64,000 nt of DNA from positions 16,430,001 to 16,494,000 of the forward strand of contig NC_086108.1 of NCBI RefSeq assembly GCF_963921235.1. The letters run 5' to 3'. Every line of letters starts with the position of its first letter. Within the stretch, counting starts at the first letter, position 1. The notes beneath the pieces were generated by a model. It saw only the letters and a program-made list of their open reading frames with translations. It ran no database searches and was not told the DNA's origin. The translations under genes and the position numbers were made by a program. Source of the DNA: Mobula hypostoma (Eukaryota). Positions 1 to 13,104 of the stretch are shown piece after piece.

Positions 1-148
1 CATTGTGGGCACGCTATGTTGGCACCAGAATGCGTGGCAACACATGCAGGCTGTCACTAGCACATCCTTAGGTTGTGTTGGCTGTTAACGCAAATAATGC
101 GTTTCACTGTATGTTTCAATGCATGTGATAAATAAATGAATCTAAATT
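1..148 (+). repeat. SINE 3' tail; inverted relative at ~57540-57670
   Basis: GCGTTTCACTGTATGTTTCAATGCATGTGATAAATAAA matches the reverse complement of ~57558-57603. Confidence 0.55.
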
Positions 149-789
149 TCAATGTATTATGATAGATACAAATGATAGAGTGTGGGGAGATATGATGAAA
201 GCTTGAGAAAATGGCAGCAAGGCCAAGAGAGGATTAACCATAACTAGCAAGACACAAGGCACTTCTGTTGTTAAACATGATAAAAATAAGTTTTTCACAA
301 TGTATGATTAAAATAAATTGTTTATCTTGTAACCAATCCTCAGGAGTAATTTGGATTGTGAACCTGCCCTTGCTGATAAGTGATTGCTGCTGCACCAATA
401 AAAGGGAGCAGTCAAAAGAAGGGAACATGTTATCTCCAGGCTCCAGAGTAATGCAGAAAGTGCAATGAAGTACCACAGAGCTAATTCTCACTTGCTTCAA
501 TACTGATTCTATTTAAGTTCATTATGTAAAATGCAGTAACTATTTTAAGCAATAAAGATACCAATACATCTTTATTGCTGCTAATATTAAAGGTGCTATT
601 TAAATACAAATTGGTGCAACTTGCCATACGTATCTGCCAATACTGAAGTAAATAGAAGTAACAGTGAACAATGTTTCCTCTGTATCAATGCTGAGCTCAA
701 AATTTGCCTCAGTAACCATGCTGAAATCAAACATCCATTTCAGACTAACATCCTCCATTTGGCAAGTGAGAACTGCCAAAACCCATGCA

Positions 790-3770
790 CTTATTACATT
801 TATAAAGAATCTAAGCAATGAGATCAACATGCAAGAAACAGAGCACCCTAATGTCTTCACCATCATTTCGGGGGATTTCAACCAAGTCAGTCTGGAAAAA
901 AACCACTAAGCAATTACCATCAACAGATCACTTGCAATACCAGAGGAAACAACACACTGGACCATTGTTACAACCAGCACCAAGGATGCCTACTGTGCTA
1001 TTCCACGCCCTCACTTCGGAAAGTCTGATCACCTGGCTGTACTTCTACTCCGAGTATAGGCAGATACTGAAGACTGCAGCACCAGTAGTGAGGACCAAGA
1101 AGGTCTGGACAAGAGAGCTTACAGGACTGCTTTGAGTTGGTGGACTGGACTGCATTCAGGGATTAATCTTCGAACCTGGATGAGTATGCTGCAATTGTTA
1201 CTGACTTCATTAAAACCTGTGTGGATGAGTGCATGCCTGCAAAGACCTACTGTACATTCCCAAAACAAAAGCCACGGTACATCATCTGCTGAAGGCTAGA
1301 TCTGTCGCATTCAAGTCTGGCGACCCAGGTCTATTCCAGAAAACCAGGTATGATTTGGGGAGGGCTATTTCAAGGGCGAAGAGACAATTTCGAACAAGGA
1401 TGGAGGCAACATCGAATGTATGACAATTTTGGCAGGGATTGCAATACATTACTTCCTACAAAGCGAAACCCAGTAGCATGAATGGCAGCAAAACTTCACT
1501 ACCAGGTGAACTCAACGCCTTCTATGCCCGCTTTGAAAGGGAGAATATAACCACAGCTGTGAAGATCCCTGCTGCACCTGATGACCCTGTGATCTCTGTC
1601 TTAGAGGCCGATGTTGAGCTGTCTTTAAAGAGTCAACCCTCGCAAGGCAGAAGGTCCCAATGGAGTACCTGGTAAGGCTCTGAAAACCTGTGCCAACCAC
1701 CTGGTGGGAGTATTCAAGGACATCTTCAACCTCTCACTGCTACAGGTAGAAGTACCCACTTGCTTCAAAAAGGCAACAATTATACCAGTGTCTAAGAAGA
1801 ATAATATGAGCTGCCTTAATAACTATTGCCTAGTAGCACTCACATCTAGTGATGAAATGCTTTAAGAGGTTGGTCATGAGTAGACTGAACTCCTGTCTCA
1901 GCAAGGACCTGGACACACTGCAAGTTGCCTTTCAGAATAATAGGTCAACTGCAGATGCAATCCCAATGGTTCTTCACACGGCTTTAGACCACCTGGACAA
2001 CACAAACACCTATGAGGGGTGATTGATAAGTTTGTGGCCTAGGAGTAGAAGGAGTCAATTTTAGAAAACCTAGCACGCATATTTATCAAAATAGTTCCCT
2101 CCTACATGTACACACTTAGTCCAGCGGTCGTGGAGCATACGGATCCCTTATACATATTTTTAAAAAGTGAGGTAGTGTGTACAGGTTCAGTGTCCAATTA
2201 GGAATCAGATGGCAGAGGAGAAGAAGCTGTTCTTGAATTGCTGATTGTGTGCCTCCAGGTGGTCCACAGCAGGGGTGATTGATAAGTTTGTGGCCTTAGG
2301 TAGAAGAAGATGAGTTATACTGCTCTGTTACATGCACGTGCAGTTCAACTCTGAGTGACAATGCAGAAAGATTGAAGCTAATAACTCATCTCCTTCTACC
2401 TTAGGCCACAAACTTATCAATCACCCCTGCTGTGGACTACTTTCTGGAGATGCAAGACGCCGACTTCTACAAAGAGGGGATCCGTATACTCCACGATCGC
2501 TGGACTAAGTGTGTAAATGTAGGAAAAATAAATGTGCTAGGTTTTCTAAAATTGATTCCTTCTACCTTAGGCCACAAACTTATCAATCACCTGTCGTATG
2601 TCACGATACTGTTCATCGACTGTAGCTCAGCATTTAATACCATCATTCCCACAATCTTGATTGAGAAGTTGCAGAACCTGGGCCTCTGTACCTCCCTCTG
2701 CAATTGGATTCTTGACTTTCTAACTGGAAGACCACAATCGAGGAGATAACACCACCTCCTCGCTGACGATCAACACTGGTGCAGCTCAGGGGTGTGTGCT
2801 TAGCCCACTGCTCTACTCTCTCTATACCCATGACTATGTGACTAAGCATTGCTCAAATACCATCTATAAATTTACTGATGATACAACCATGTTGGTAGAA
2901 TCTCAGATGGTGACGACAGGGTGTACAGGAGTGAGATATGCCAACTAGTGGAGTGATGTCACAGCAACAACCTGGTACTCAGCGACAGTAAGAGGAAATA
3001 GCTGATTGTGGACTTCCGGAAGGTTAATATGAAGGGACACATACTAATCCTCGTAGAGGGATCAGAAGTGGAGAGAGTGAGCAGTTTCAAGTTCCTGGGT
3101 GTCAAGATCTCCGAGGAGCTAACCTGGTCCCAACATATCAATGCAGTTGTAAAGGCGGCAAAACAGCGTCTATATTTTATTAGGAGTTTGAAGAGATTTG
3201 ATATGTCAACAAATACACTCAAAAACTTCTATAGATGTACCGTGGAGAGCATTCTAACAGGCTGAATCACTGTCTGGCATGGGCGGGGTGGCTACTGAAT
3301 AGGACCGAAGGAAGCTGCAGAGGGTTGTAAATTTATCTGGTTCCATTTTGGGTACTAGCCTCCAAAGTTCTCAGGACATCTTCAAGGAGTGGTGTCTCAG
3401 ACAGGCAGCGTCCATTATTAAGGACCTTCAGCACCCAGAGCACGCACTTTCCTCACTGTTACCATCAGGTTGGAGGTACAGAAGTCAGAAGGCACACAAT
3501 CAGCAATTCAGGAACAGCTTCTTCTCCTCTGCCATCTGATTCCTAATTGGACATTGACCCTGTACACACTACCTCACTTTTTTAAAATATTTTTTTTCTG
3601 GGTTTTTTTTTTGCAGGACTTTTAATCTATTAAATATGTATACTGTAATTGATTTACTTATTATTATTCTACTTTTTTCCTCTTCTTCGATATTATGTAT
3701 TGCATTGAACTGCTGCTGCCTAATTAACAAATTTCATGACACCTGCTGGTGATAATAAACCTGATTCTGA
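790..3770 (+). mobile_element. Decayed Rex1/Babar-type LINE, interrupted by a mariner MITE
   Basis: Frameshifted EN/RT fragments: [67 protein letters not shown]; 3' end AATAAACCTGATTCTGA. Confidence 0.88.
2013..2596. mobile_element. Palindromic mariner-derived non-autonomous element
   Basis: TA duplication at 2011-2012 and 2597-2598 splits the LINE frame NT|YV. Long inverted arms; TIR motif GTGATTGATAAGTTTGTGGCC occurs four times; mariner C-terminal remnant [18 protein letters not shown]. Confidence 0.85.
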
Positions 3771-3871
3771 CTGTTCTTTTTTTGTGCGCTGGGTGTATGG
3801 CATTTTATTTGAATGGGTTCTCGTTTCAGGGCTACCTGCAGGAGGCCAAATCTCAGGGTTGTGTACTTACA

Positions 3872-4889
3872 CAGTACTGTGTCTTAGGCACATGTAAAAA
3901 AAATTCTATAAAGTGCAGATGCTTTCAAAAACAATGAAAAGTTTCTAAATATCAAAACATTTACTATAATGAGCAGTGAACAGTAAAAAAAAACTAAATC
4001 AAATCAATATTTGGTGTGACCCCTCTTTTCCTTTAAAACTGCATCAATTCTCTTAGGTATACTGTCATGTAAATCAGTTAGCTGGTTATTCCAAGCATCT
4101 TGGAAAACCTGACACAAATCTTTTGCAGATTTTGGCTGTTTCACTTGCTTCTGGCTCTCCAGGCTATCCCATACAGCATTGGCGATGTTGAGATCAGAGT
4201 TCTGTGGAGGCCTCACCATCTGTTGTAGAACTCAGAACTCTTCTTCTTTTCGCTGCATAGTTGGGACTGATCAGACGCCTCCCTGATGGCATTGTGTGAT
4301 GGATGAGAATTTCCTTACACTTCTCAGCATTGAGGATTGCATCAATTCTGACAAGATCACCAACTCCATTTGCAGGAATGCAGCACCAAACCTTCAGGGA
4401 ACTTCCTCCGTGCTTCAATGTTTGCTACATGGATGAATGTCTGCAGCCCTCTCCAGATGAGCCGAAAATTTCAAATTTTGACTCGTCAATCCAGAACACT
4501 TGCTCCCATTATTCAGCACCCCAGTCCTTTGTTTCCACTTCGGAGGAATGGCTTTTTGGCAGCAACTCTTCCATGAAGACCTCTTCTGACAATACTTCTC
4601 CAAACTGTAGAAGGCTGTATTTGGGTTCCAGTGGTTTCCATGACTTCAGAGCTGATGGCAGTGCTGGACTTCTGATTTAGAAGGGACATCAGTTTGATGC
4701 AACTTCCATCTGCACTTAAGTTTATCTTTGAAAAGTAGTCCATTACTTAACATATTACTTTCTTTAATGATCTACAAAAATTGATCTGTAACATCTTTTC
4801 TACTGACACACTAATACAGAAGATAAAGATAAACATCTAGAACAATTTATATAAAAATCTAAGGTGCCTAAGACTATTTCATAGTATTG
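3872..4889 (-). mobile_element. Decayed Tc1-like DNA transposon
   Basis: Termini CAGTACTGTG..CTTAGGCAC and GTGCCTAAGAC..ATAGTATTG-TA; transposase fragments RRGLHGRVAAKKPFL, KHGGSSLKVW, PPQNSDLNI..VWD. Confidence 0.88.
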
Positions 4890-5229
4890 TACATACTTCG
4901 ATAAAAAATGTATTCTGAATCTTTGAATTTTGATAATTTAGAGAAGTAAAGATACTTGGAGAGATTTTGGGAAAATTTGGGGAATTTATAGCTTTGTCCA
5001 CTGAATGCTTGCTCAACAAAAATGAACCAGTTGAGATCAGTCCAGTTATCAGTATAGATATCTGAGTTTCTGGGCTGAAGATTTCAGAGAAAGGAATGAG
5101 GAGGGTGCAATGAGAGACTTGAATTAAAGTGTGAAAATTTTAAAAAGAAAACACTGCTCAAATCAGGAACTAAAGTAATTTAAGCAAGCACGGAATGATG
5201 GAAGAGAGACTCAAAACAGAAGAATTCTA

Positions 5230-5395
5230 ACGTACACACAAGAAATTCTGCAGATGCAAGAAATCTAAAGCAACACACAAAACTGCTGGAGGAACTCAGC
5301 AGGTCAGGCAGCATCTATGGAAATTAATAAACAGTTGATGTTCACAGCCGAAACCTTTCTTCAGGACTGGAAAGGAAGTGGGAAGATGCCAGAAC
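5230..5395 (-). repeat. Penelope-like terminal repeat fragment
   Basis: GCTGGAGGAACTCAGCAGGTCAGGCAGCATC core shared with copies at ~31.2, 59.4, 62.6 and 63.2 kb; degenerate ribozyme core. Confidence 0.7.
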
Positions 5396-5857
5396 ATTGT
5401 ATTTTGTTAAAATAGTAATATGTTAAATAATAGACCACTTTTCAAATAATAACAAGTGCAGAACAGATACATCACTTAACCATTTCATTAAAAAGCTATA
5501 ATGATATTAGAACTTAACAGGTTCAAGTCCAACACACAAGTCAATCATTAGAACGCAAACAACAGGAATTCTGCAGCCATTAGAATGTGTCTTTCACCAC
5601 AGTTCATCTTCAAAGGGAGATTACTTCGCATCAAAAAGTACTGTTTTATAGAGGAAGCTGAAAATCTAGAATTGTATCCACAAGGCTGTGCATGCTGCAG
5701 TTATTAAGATTGATTTTCCTTGGGTACAGATATCAAGGAATATAATGAATAGGAATGCAAAACCACCAGGATCTTAAAAATAGTGGATCAGAGTCAAGAG
5801 GAAAAAAAACAGTTCCTTCACATACTGCAATATTCCTAATCTGAGAAGGTTTCTTAC

Positions 5858-5971
5858 CTGCCAACTGGAACGTGAAGTCCCGGTACAGATCCTTGCTAAT
5901 ATTGTGTATTTCATCTTCACACCAAACCTTGCCGTCAGGAGTCCGAACTTTGGTCTCTGTAGGATTGAAAC
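5858..5971 (-). CDS. CEP350: CEP350 coding exon 6 (114 nt); the gene continues beyond the window start
   Basis: ttacAG|GT TTC; (G)FNPTETKVRTPDGKVWCEDEIHNISKDLYRDFTFQLA; donor CAG|gtaaga; phase 1 to 1. Confidence 0.95.
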
Positions 5972-6363
5972 CTGTAATGAAAGTAAAGATTAAGATATGC
6001 TGAATATGATACATTATCATTCTACAAAAATAAAACTCATTCACAAGCCAGGCCTGGAACATCATAAAAAGCAAAGGAATCTGCAGATGCTGAAAATAAG
6101 TTAAAAGTGACAGCGTTAAAAATAGTCAGGCGAAATGGCATCTGTGGAGAAAGGAATATTGGTTAAAAATATATCATAACCAAGAAAATAATTTAATTAA
6201 GATTAGACTGCAGAGAAGGGAGAGAAAAGGAGGGAGGATATGCCTCTGATAAAATGCTGACCGAGTGAATCCAGGTGGCAATACACAATGGTGTTGCAAC
6301 ACAATAGGTGACAATGGGTTACCATAAATCAGATGGGAGTTGCGAACAGATGGACATGATTTA

Positions 6364-7342
6364 GGCTACGTCCACACTACGCCGGATAATTCTGAAAACA
6401 AAGATTTTTCTCTTCATTTTGACCCTCTGTCCACACTAAAACGGTGTTTTCATCCCCCGAAAATGGAGATTTTCAGAAACAGTCTCCAGAGTGAATAAAT
6501 CTGAAAACGCCTAATATCCGTTGCAGTGTGTACGGGGTAACCGGAGCTTTTTAAAACCGCTGTCATGACATGGCGGAATAAATGGCGGCAGCGCAGCATT
6601 TCATAGTTTTCTTCTTATTATTATTACTACTTTATTGTCGCCAAACAATTGATGCTAGAGCATACAATCATCACAGCGATATTTGATTCTGCGCTTCGCA
6701 GAACCTAACAATTTCACAACAGACGGCAACAAGACTGAAGTCTGAAGAGTTAGAAATGTACTCACCAAATACTTTGACCCATAGCTTACTGAATAAATAA
6801 GTATACTCACTTATTTAAGTATACCCTGTTTTCTGTCCTTGCTTGTATGAAGGTGGTTTACCTATTTATGCAAGTACTTCTCTGACAATAGATGTGTAAC
6901 AGCCTAATTTAACATTGTATGGAAATACAAGATAACACCGATGCAGACATGTTTTATACATTTAACAAGGTGCTTTATTAATGCAACAGAGTTAGTTTTT
7001 CAATGTTCATCGTCAGCCGGGTTATACTGTCCATGAACTCCGTCGGTTGCCTCCGTACACTCCAGTATTTGTTTTTTTTTAGTTTTAAGTTCTCCTGCGA
7101 GAGAGCCAAGAGCAATTCCTTTTAAGTTTTTCTACTCTGTAACTGGACAAACGCGCACTAAATATAGTGGTTCCTCTTCGCTTGCTTTCTGTGTGTCCTG
7201 CGCGTGCCTAGTAGAGGAGATTCGCCCAAATATCCGTGTTAGTGTGGACAGAGATATTTTGAAAAACGCTTCGTGTGTACGCCTGTCAATTTTACTCGAA
7301 ACCGGCGTTTTCAAAATTATCTGGTGTAGTGTGGACGTAGCC
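6364..7342. mobile_element. PIF/Harbinger-like non-autonomous element
   Basis: ~35-bp TIRs GGCTACGTCCACACTACGCCGGATAATT / AATTATCTGGTGTAGTGTGGACGTAGCC; TTA target duplication at 6361-6363 and 7343-7345. Confidence 0.85.
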
Positions 7343-8983
7343 TTAGAAGAGGACAAAACGAAAACACTAGAACTCAGCCAGTCAAGCAGCATCTATAGAA
7401 AATGAAACCAGTTCACATTTCTGCAGAATGTCCCTGACCCAAAGCTTTATCTGGTTTCTCTTCCCATAGACATTATTTAAATGGATGTTATTGTTTCAGA
7501 TTCCAGCTTCTACAAAAAAAACATTGAATGAACTGACAGATCCAGAACAGAAAATGAAAATATGAAATGCTGGGAATAGTTCAGGTGGCACCTGTGAGAG
7601 AAAACTGAGTTAATGTTACAGATTAATAACCAGCTAGTTCTACTAAAAAAAATGATCTATCTGACGAAAGGCACTTTTTACTAATTATATACCCCATTAT
7701 CATGGAATCATTACTCATCTGCAGTTGATCAATGCAAGGCTCTCGCTTACTCAGCCAGTATTACAACAACATTAACATACTTTAAAAATAATCTATATAA
7801 TTATTATATCTTTTTCCTTCACTGACAATAAAATATGGACATCACATTTAGACTTCAGAATTAAAATACTAATACCACCCAGGTAAGTCTACATGTCACA
7901 AAAGTCAGCTACATGTTGCATCAGTTTTACAAAAATGGCCCCTCAGATGCTGGGGTAATTAGAGTAAACATTAATTTGCTTTTACTTCAATAAACTTGTT
8001 TTCCTTTCCAGTTTTTGCTTAGTTAGTGTTCGCTTGAAGCTCAAGTTTCAAACATCAGTGTAATTATATCTCATTACCTTTTAAAGTCACCCTAAATTAG
8101 TTACAGGTACAAAGTCACATTTGTACTCCAATTTGGCAAATATACCATGATAGCGGAATGCAAACTGATACACATCATTGCCAAAGCATGGCAAAGATTC
8201 TACTGCGAGGAAGTTACATAAACTACTGCTGACACCTGTGGCTTAGTGGCACCTAAGTTAGTGAAAAGCAGTTTCCAATCCAAATCAAGAAAATTTCACA
8301 TATTCACATATTTGGTGACCATTTGGACAATCCAGTCCATGCTGGTTTTCAAAATGCATCCAAAATTCTCTGCAACCTATTCTCCCTCATCAATACATCA
8401 TTCTTCTTCAGATACCCACCTACACAAGGGACAAGTTACAGTTATCAATTAACATACTAACTTGCACACCTACAGTATGTGGGAGAAAATTGAAGCATTA
8501 CTAAGGGAAACTCACATAGTCACGGGGACAAAATGAAAACACATTGATAGCACTCTAGATGAAGACTGAATACAGGTTGATAGAGTGCTAAATACCACAC
8601 CAAAACATCGGTACTGCCATCATTCAACGATCTTCCACAGAAGTATAAAGGCACAAATTTCTCTCATGAAGGCACCATCTTATAAAGAATCTCAAGTGGT
8701 GCAAAATATTCCACTACTCTAAGAGTGAATAGGTTCTCTTGTAACCTGGGCAATATTTATCCCTCAACAAAAATCCCTACTTTTGCCATTCAGAATCATA
8801 CTACAGTTTGAGAGAGATCGCAATTTGGCTATCACAGTACAACAATGATTACTTTGCAAGTACACATCAACAGGATCCAGGAAGCCAAAGCTGCCTTCCT
8901 CACATACATACACAAGGTTTACTTATATCCTACCACAACCATATATCAAAAAGAGATATGAATATAAACTGTGTCAGTCATAC

Positions 8984-9606
8984 CTTTGTATGATGGAGCA
9001 GGTGGTGCCAGAGCAACCTTTCTCACTTTGGTGGTAGGAACTGCAGTACCTACACTAGCCACAGCAGGTAATTCATAGAGGCTTAGCTGCCGGTCCCTTT
9101 CAACTGGCTCCTCCGAATGCTCTCGTTGCTTTCTAATCCGCTCCTTCAGTTTCTCAAGTTTGTCATCATGTTGCTTCCTGCGCATAATCTCTAGTCTCTG
9201 CATCACCGAGTCAGAAGTGGAACTCGGGGAGGACAGCTGAGAATGCTCGGATGGCCGTTCACTCTTTGCATCCACATCATTACTCAGTGCCTTAGTGTGG
9301 AAACCTTTGATGCCTTCACCCTTTTGTCCTAGTGTATCTCGGCTCAAAGTTTTATAAAGTGCAGAATTGTGCAGGGCATCAAGTGCTAATTGGTCATTGA
9401 GAAATTTCACCACGGTTTCATCCACTGCAGTTGATTGTGTGCTGTCATTATCCAAACTGTGGTAACTCCGGTTGTCTCGATCATATATCATGTGATGACT
9501 TTCACTCTCCTTCCCTTGGGATTCATTCGATGTCAAATTGGAAAGAAGGTGCTGAGCTTCCAGCTGGCTAGCAGTCAGACAGGGTGGAATAGTGCCATCT
9601 AATTCC
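8984..9606 (-). CDS. CEP350: CEP350 coding exon 5 (623 nt)
   Basis: Open frame ELDGTIPP...TVVKFLND...QRLEIMRRKQHDDKLEKLKERIRKQREHSEE...KVRKVALAPPAPSYK, recognisably CEP350; ccAG acceptor and AAG|gtatga donor; phase 2 to 1. Confidence 0.96.
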
Positions 9607-9974
9607 CTGGTAACATGAAACAGATTAAAGTAATTGATCTTTCGCGGTACTTTTTATATCATGCAGAAAAGATTATGTAAATCATTTTGGAGAAGCACTG
9701 ATACTTAACAAGTAAAACAGTATTTGACCACTATCTTTATTGTGACACATGGGATATTCAGAAAAGTGCAAAATATTTTGAGATACAACACAGTAACAGG
9801 CCCTTCCGACCCATAAGCCCACAGCACCCAATTAAACCCAAGTGACCAATTAACCTCCACAAGATTTAGAGGAATAAATTTATAGAGAGATCGCAGACTG
9901 CAGCAAAAAACATAAGATTGTGATAATAGGTGACTGTTACTTTCCACATATTGACTGGGAAATGTAACTGTAAA

Positions 9975-11715
9975 AGAGCTAGACAGGAAAGAGTCTGTCA
10001 AATGTGTTCAGGGAAGCTTCTTTAATCAGTACATAGAAGTCCCAATGAGAAAGAGTACAATACAAGATCTCCTGTTAGACAATGAGACAGGGCAGGTGAC
10101 AGAAGTTAGTGTGGAGGAACGCTTTGCATTTAGTGATCATAGTGCCATTAGCTTCCAAGTAATTGTGGAAAAGGATAGGTGTAGTTCTCAGGTTGAGGTT
10201 CTAAATTGGATAAAGGCCAATTTTGATGGTATCAGAAAGCATCTGGCAAGTGTGGATTGGGACAGGTTGCTTTCTGGCAAAGGTGTACTTGATAGGTGGA
10301 AGGTCTTCAAAGGTGAAATTTTGAAAGAATTTGTATGTTCCTGTTGGAATAAAAGGCAAAAGGTAACATGCTTAGGAAACCTTAGTTTTCAAGAGATATT
10401 GAGGCCCTGATGATGAAGAAGGATGTGCATAGCAGGTAGGAACAAATGAAATTTTTATGGAGTACAAGAAATGCAAGAGAACACAAAGAAAAAAAAATCG
10501 GGAGGACTAAAAGAAGGTATGAGATTGCTGCAGCAGACCAGGTGAAGGAGAATCCCAAGGGCTTCTACAGATATATTAAGAGCAAAAGGATTGCAAGAGG
10601 CAAAATTAGTCCTTTGGAAGATCAGAATAGTAATCTATGCATGGAACCAAAGGAGATGGAGATCTTAAATGGATTTTTTTTTGCATCTGTACTTACTTGG
10701 GAGACAGACAAAGGGTCTATAGAAGAGAGGAAAAGCTGCACCGAGGTCATGAACCCAATACAAATTACAAGAGGAAGTGTTTGCTGTCTTGAATCAATTT
10801 AGGATGGATAAGTCCCTAGGGACTGGCAAGGTGTTTCCTTGGACCCTGTAGGAAGCTAGTACAGAAATTGCAAGGGCCCCAACAGAAATATTTAAAACCT
10901 CCTTGGCTATGAGTGAGGTGCCAGAGGATTGAAGGACAGCTGATATTATTGCATTGCCTAAGAATAAACCAGGAATTATAGGCCAGTGAGCCTGACATCA
11001 GTAGTGAGAAAGTTATTGGAAGGTATATATAGTGATAGATTAGGAATATTCAAAATGGCTTTGTGTGTGGTAGGTTGTGTCTAATTAATTAATTATGAGT
11101 TTTTTGACGAAGTTGCCAGGAAAGCTGAAGACTAGACAGTGGACTTTAGCAAGCATTTGACAAGGTCCTGCAAAGGAGGTTGGTCAAGAAGGTTCAGTCA
11201 CTTGGCATTCAAGATGACATAGTAAATTGGATTAGACATTGGCTTTGTGGGAGAAGACAAAGAGTGGCAGTAAATGGTTACTTCTCTGCCTAGAGGCCTG
11301 TGACTAGTCGTGTGCCGCAGAGATTGGTGCAGGATCCATTGTTGTTTGTCATCTATATCAATAATCTTGATGATAATGTGGTAAAATGGATCAGCAAATT
11401 TGCAGATGACACCAAGATTGGGGTTGTAGTGGACAGCAAGGAAGGTAATCAAAGCTTGCAGTGGAATCTGTAGCAGCTGTTAAAAGTGTGCTGAAAAATG
11501 GCAGATGCAATTTAATGCAGGCAAGTGTAACAGGTTACACATTGGGACTGAAAGAATGCAAAAAAAATTTACAAGGATGTTGCCTATAATTTATTCCCTT
11601 CAACTTAAAATATTGAGCGGAGATTTGATAGAAGAGTATGGTCTGAGTGCAGGCAGATTAATGGTTTGGCACAGACTAGATGGTCTAAAGGCCCGTTTCT
11701 GTGCAGCAGTGTTCT
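9975..11715 (+). mobile_element. Decayed CR1 LINE
   Basis: Frameshifted SDH, KENPKGFYRYIKSKR, KFADDTK, MQFNAGKC fragments homologous to the ORF at 39993. Confidence 0.88.
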
Positions 11716-11724
11716 ACCAACTCA

Positions 11725-11880
11725 AATTTCTTTGGAATGTGGCGCAAACCCGGAGCAGCCAGGGGAAATGCACAGGGTCACAGGGAGAATGTACAAGCTT
11801 CTTAGAGGCAACAGTGGAATTGAAGCCAAGTTGGTGGTGCTATAATGTCATTATGCTAACTGCTATGCTACCTTGCTAAA
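11725..11880 (-). mobile_element. SINE fragment, elasmobranch tRNA-derived type; related copies at ~8420-8620, 18470-18630, 44120-44280, 57640-57790
   Basis: Shared core TTTGGAATGTGG..AAAC.GGAGCA.CC..GGGAAA..CAC..GGTCACAGGGAGAA in several dispersed copies. Confidence 0.55.
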
Positions 11881-12769
11881 TAATGAAATGGGCCATTTCC
11901 TCCATCTGACGACATTGCATAAATATAAAATTTCTGGAAAAGTTATAACAGAATTGTAAAAACATACCACTTACTCTCTGAAGGAAACTCCCATATGTTC
12001 GTTCCCTAACTTCTCTATATAGTCTTTAATAATGTCTTGTTTTTCCAAATAGTTATCTAATTGTTTTTCTAAGAGTGGTTAGAGATGCTGCTACCATTGT
12101 TACTGGTACATTTGCAGAAAGAAAATGTTCTTGCTTCATCACCCATTGTTCTGTAGATGATTAATTGAGGTTAAATTTGCTCAACACTGAAGTCAAGCAG
12201 TGAAAATATTCCTCCCCAACTGATGTCGTCAAAACCCTTTGTAGGTATGAGCAACAAAGGCCCTAGCTTCAACAGTCTTTCCCCATAACTTATTTTGTTG
12301 GCATTATCCGAAGGATTATTCACAACAATCTCCAAAAACCTCAACAATCTAGCATTCCCAAACTCACCGTTGGGAATTTGAACTGCAGATTCAAAGATAT
12401 GTAAAGATTTTTGTAATTAATGCCAGAGCATGAAATGTTGATCCATCAAATACATTGAACCTCAGCATTACCAATTTATACTTAGCAACAATTTCCCAAA
12501 ATTTGGAGAATGACAGCCCAAGATTAGAAGTAATCAAAATGAAGCAGGTTTAAGTGGCCCAGGATAATTGGTGGTACGCTCATTTCTTTTTCATACTTGA
12601 CTCATTTTGCTGCCCATTCTTGGAATGCAGTACAATATGCAACCTCATCATTGTGTATTCATCACCAGTGATGATGATATTGCATTGACTTCCCAATCTA
12701 CCAAGAGACAAGTTCACAAAAACAGTTCCTGTTGCTGTCAGTTATTTTCTCATACCTATAACGACATAC

Positions 12770-12938
12770 CTATAAGTTAAAGCATCCCTGAATTCTACTC
12801 GACTGTTCTTCTTAATGTTGTTTTCCAGGGTAGTAGATCTCAAGGGGCTCCGGGACATTTTGCCCTTTCGTGATTTGCTACAATTGTTGGACTTGCCAGC
12901 TGAAGCATTGCCCATAGAATCCTCCACATACCTTCCAT
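12770..12938 (-). CDS. CEP350: CEP350 coding exon 4 (169 nt)
   Basis: ttttatccctatcAG acceptor; (D)GRYVEDSMGNASAGKSNNCSKSRKGKMSRSPLRSTTLENNIKKNSRVEFRDALTY(R); donor TAG|gtatgt; phase 1 to 2. Confidence 0.95.
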
Positions 12939-13104
12939 CTGATAGGGATAAAACAAAAAGAGGCATTAAAAAATGCATACACTTTTACCTCTCTCAAGCC
13001 ATTACTGGACAGTCAGCATTTGTATTTTCACTTAACTGCAATTTTCATATGCAAGTAAGAATACACAAATCAAAATTTATAATCATAGGAAGTCATTCCT
13101 GCCT

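Noticed and set aside
150..5800. Next CEP350 exon downstream of 5858
   Set aside because: No splice-bounded frame with CEP350-like sequence was found; it probably lies beyond position 1.
8946..9536. 196-aa stand-alone ORF in the ORF track
   Set aside because: It is the internal CEP350 exon 8984-9606 read from a non-ATG start and past the donor; not a separate gene.
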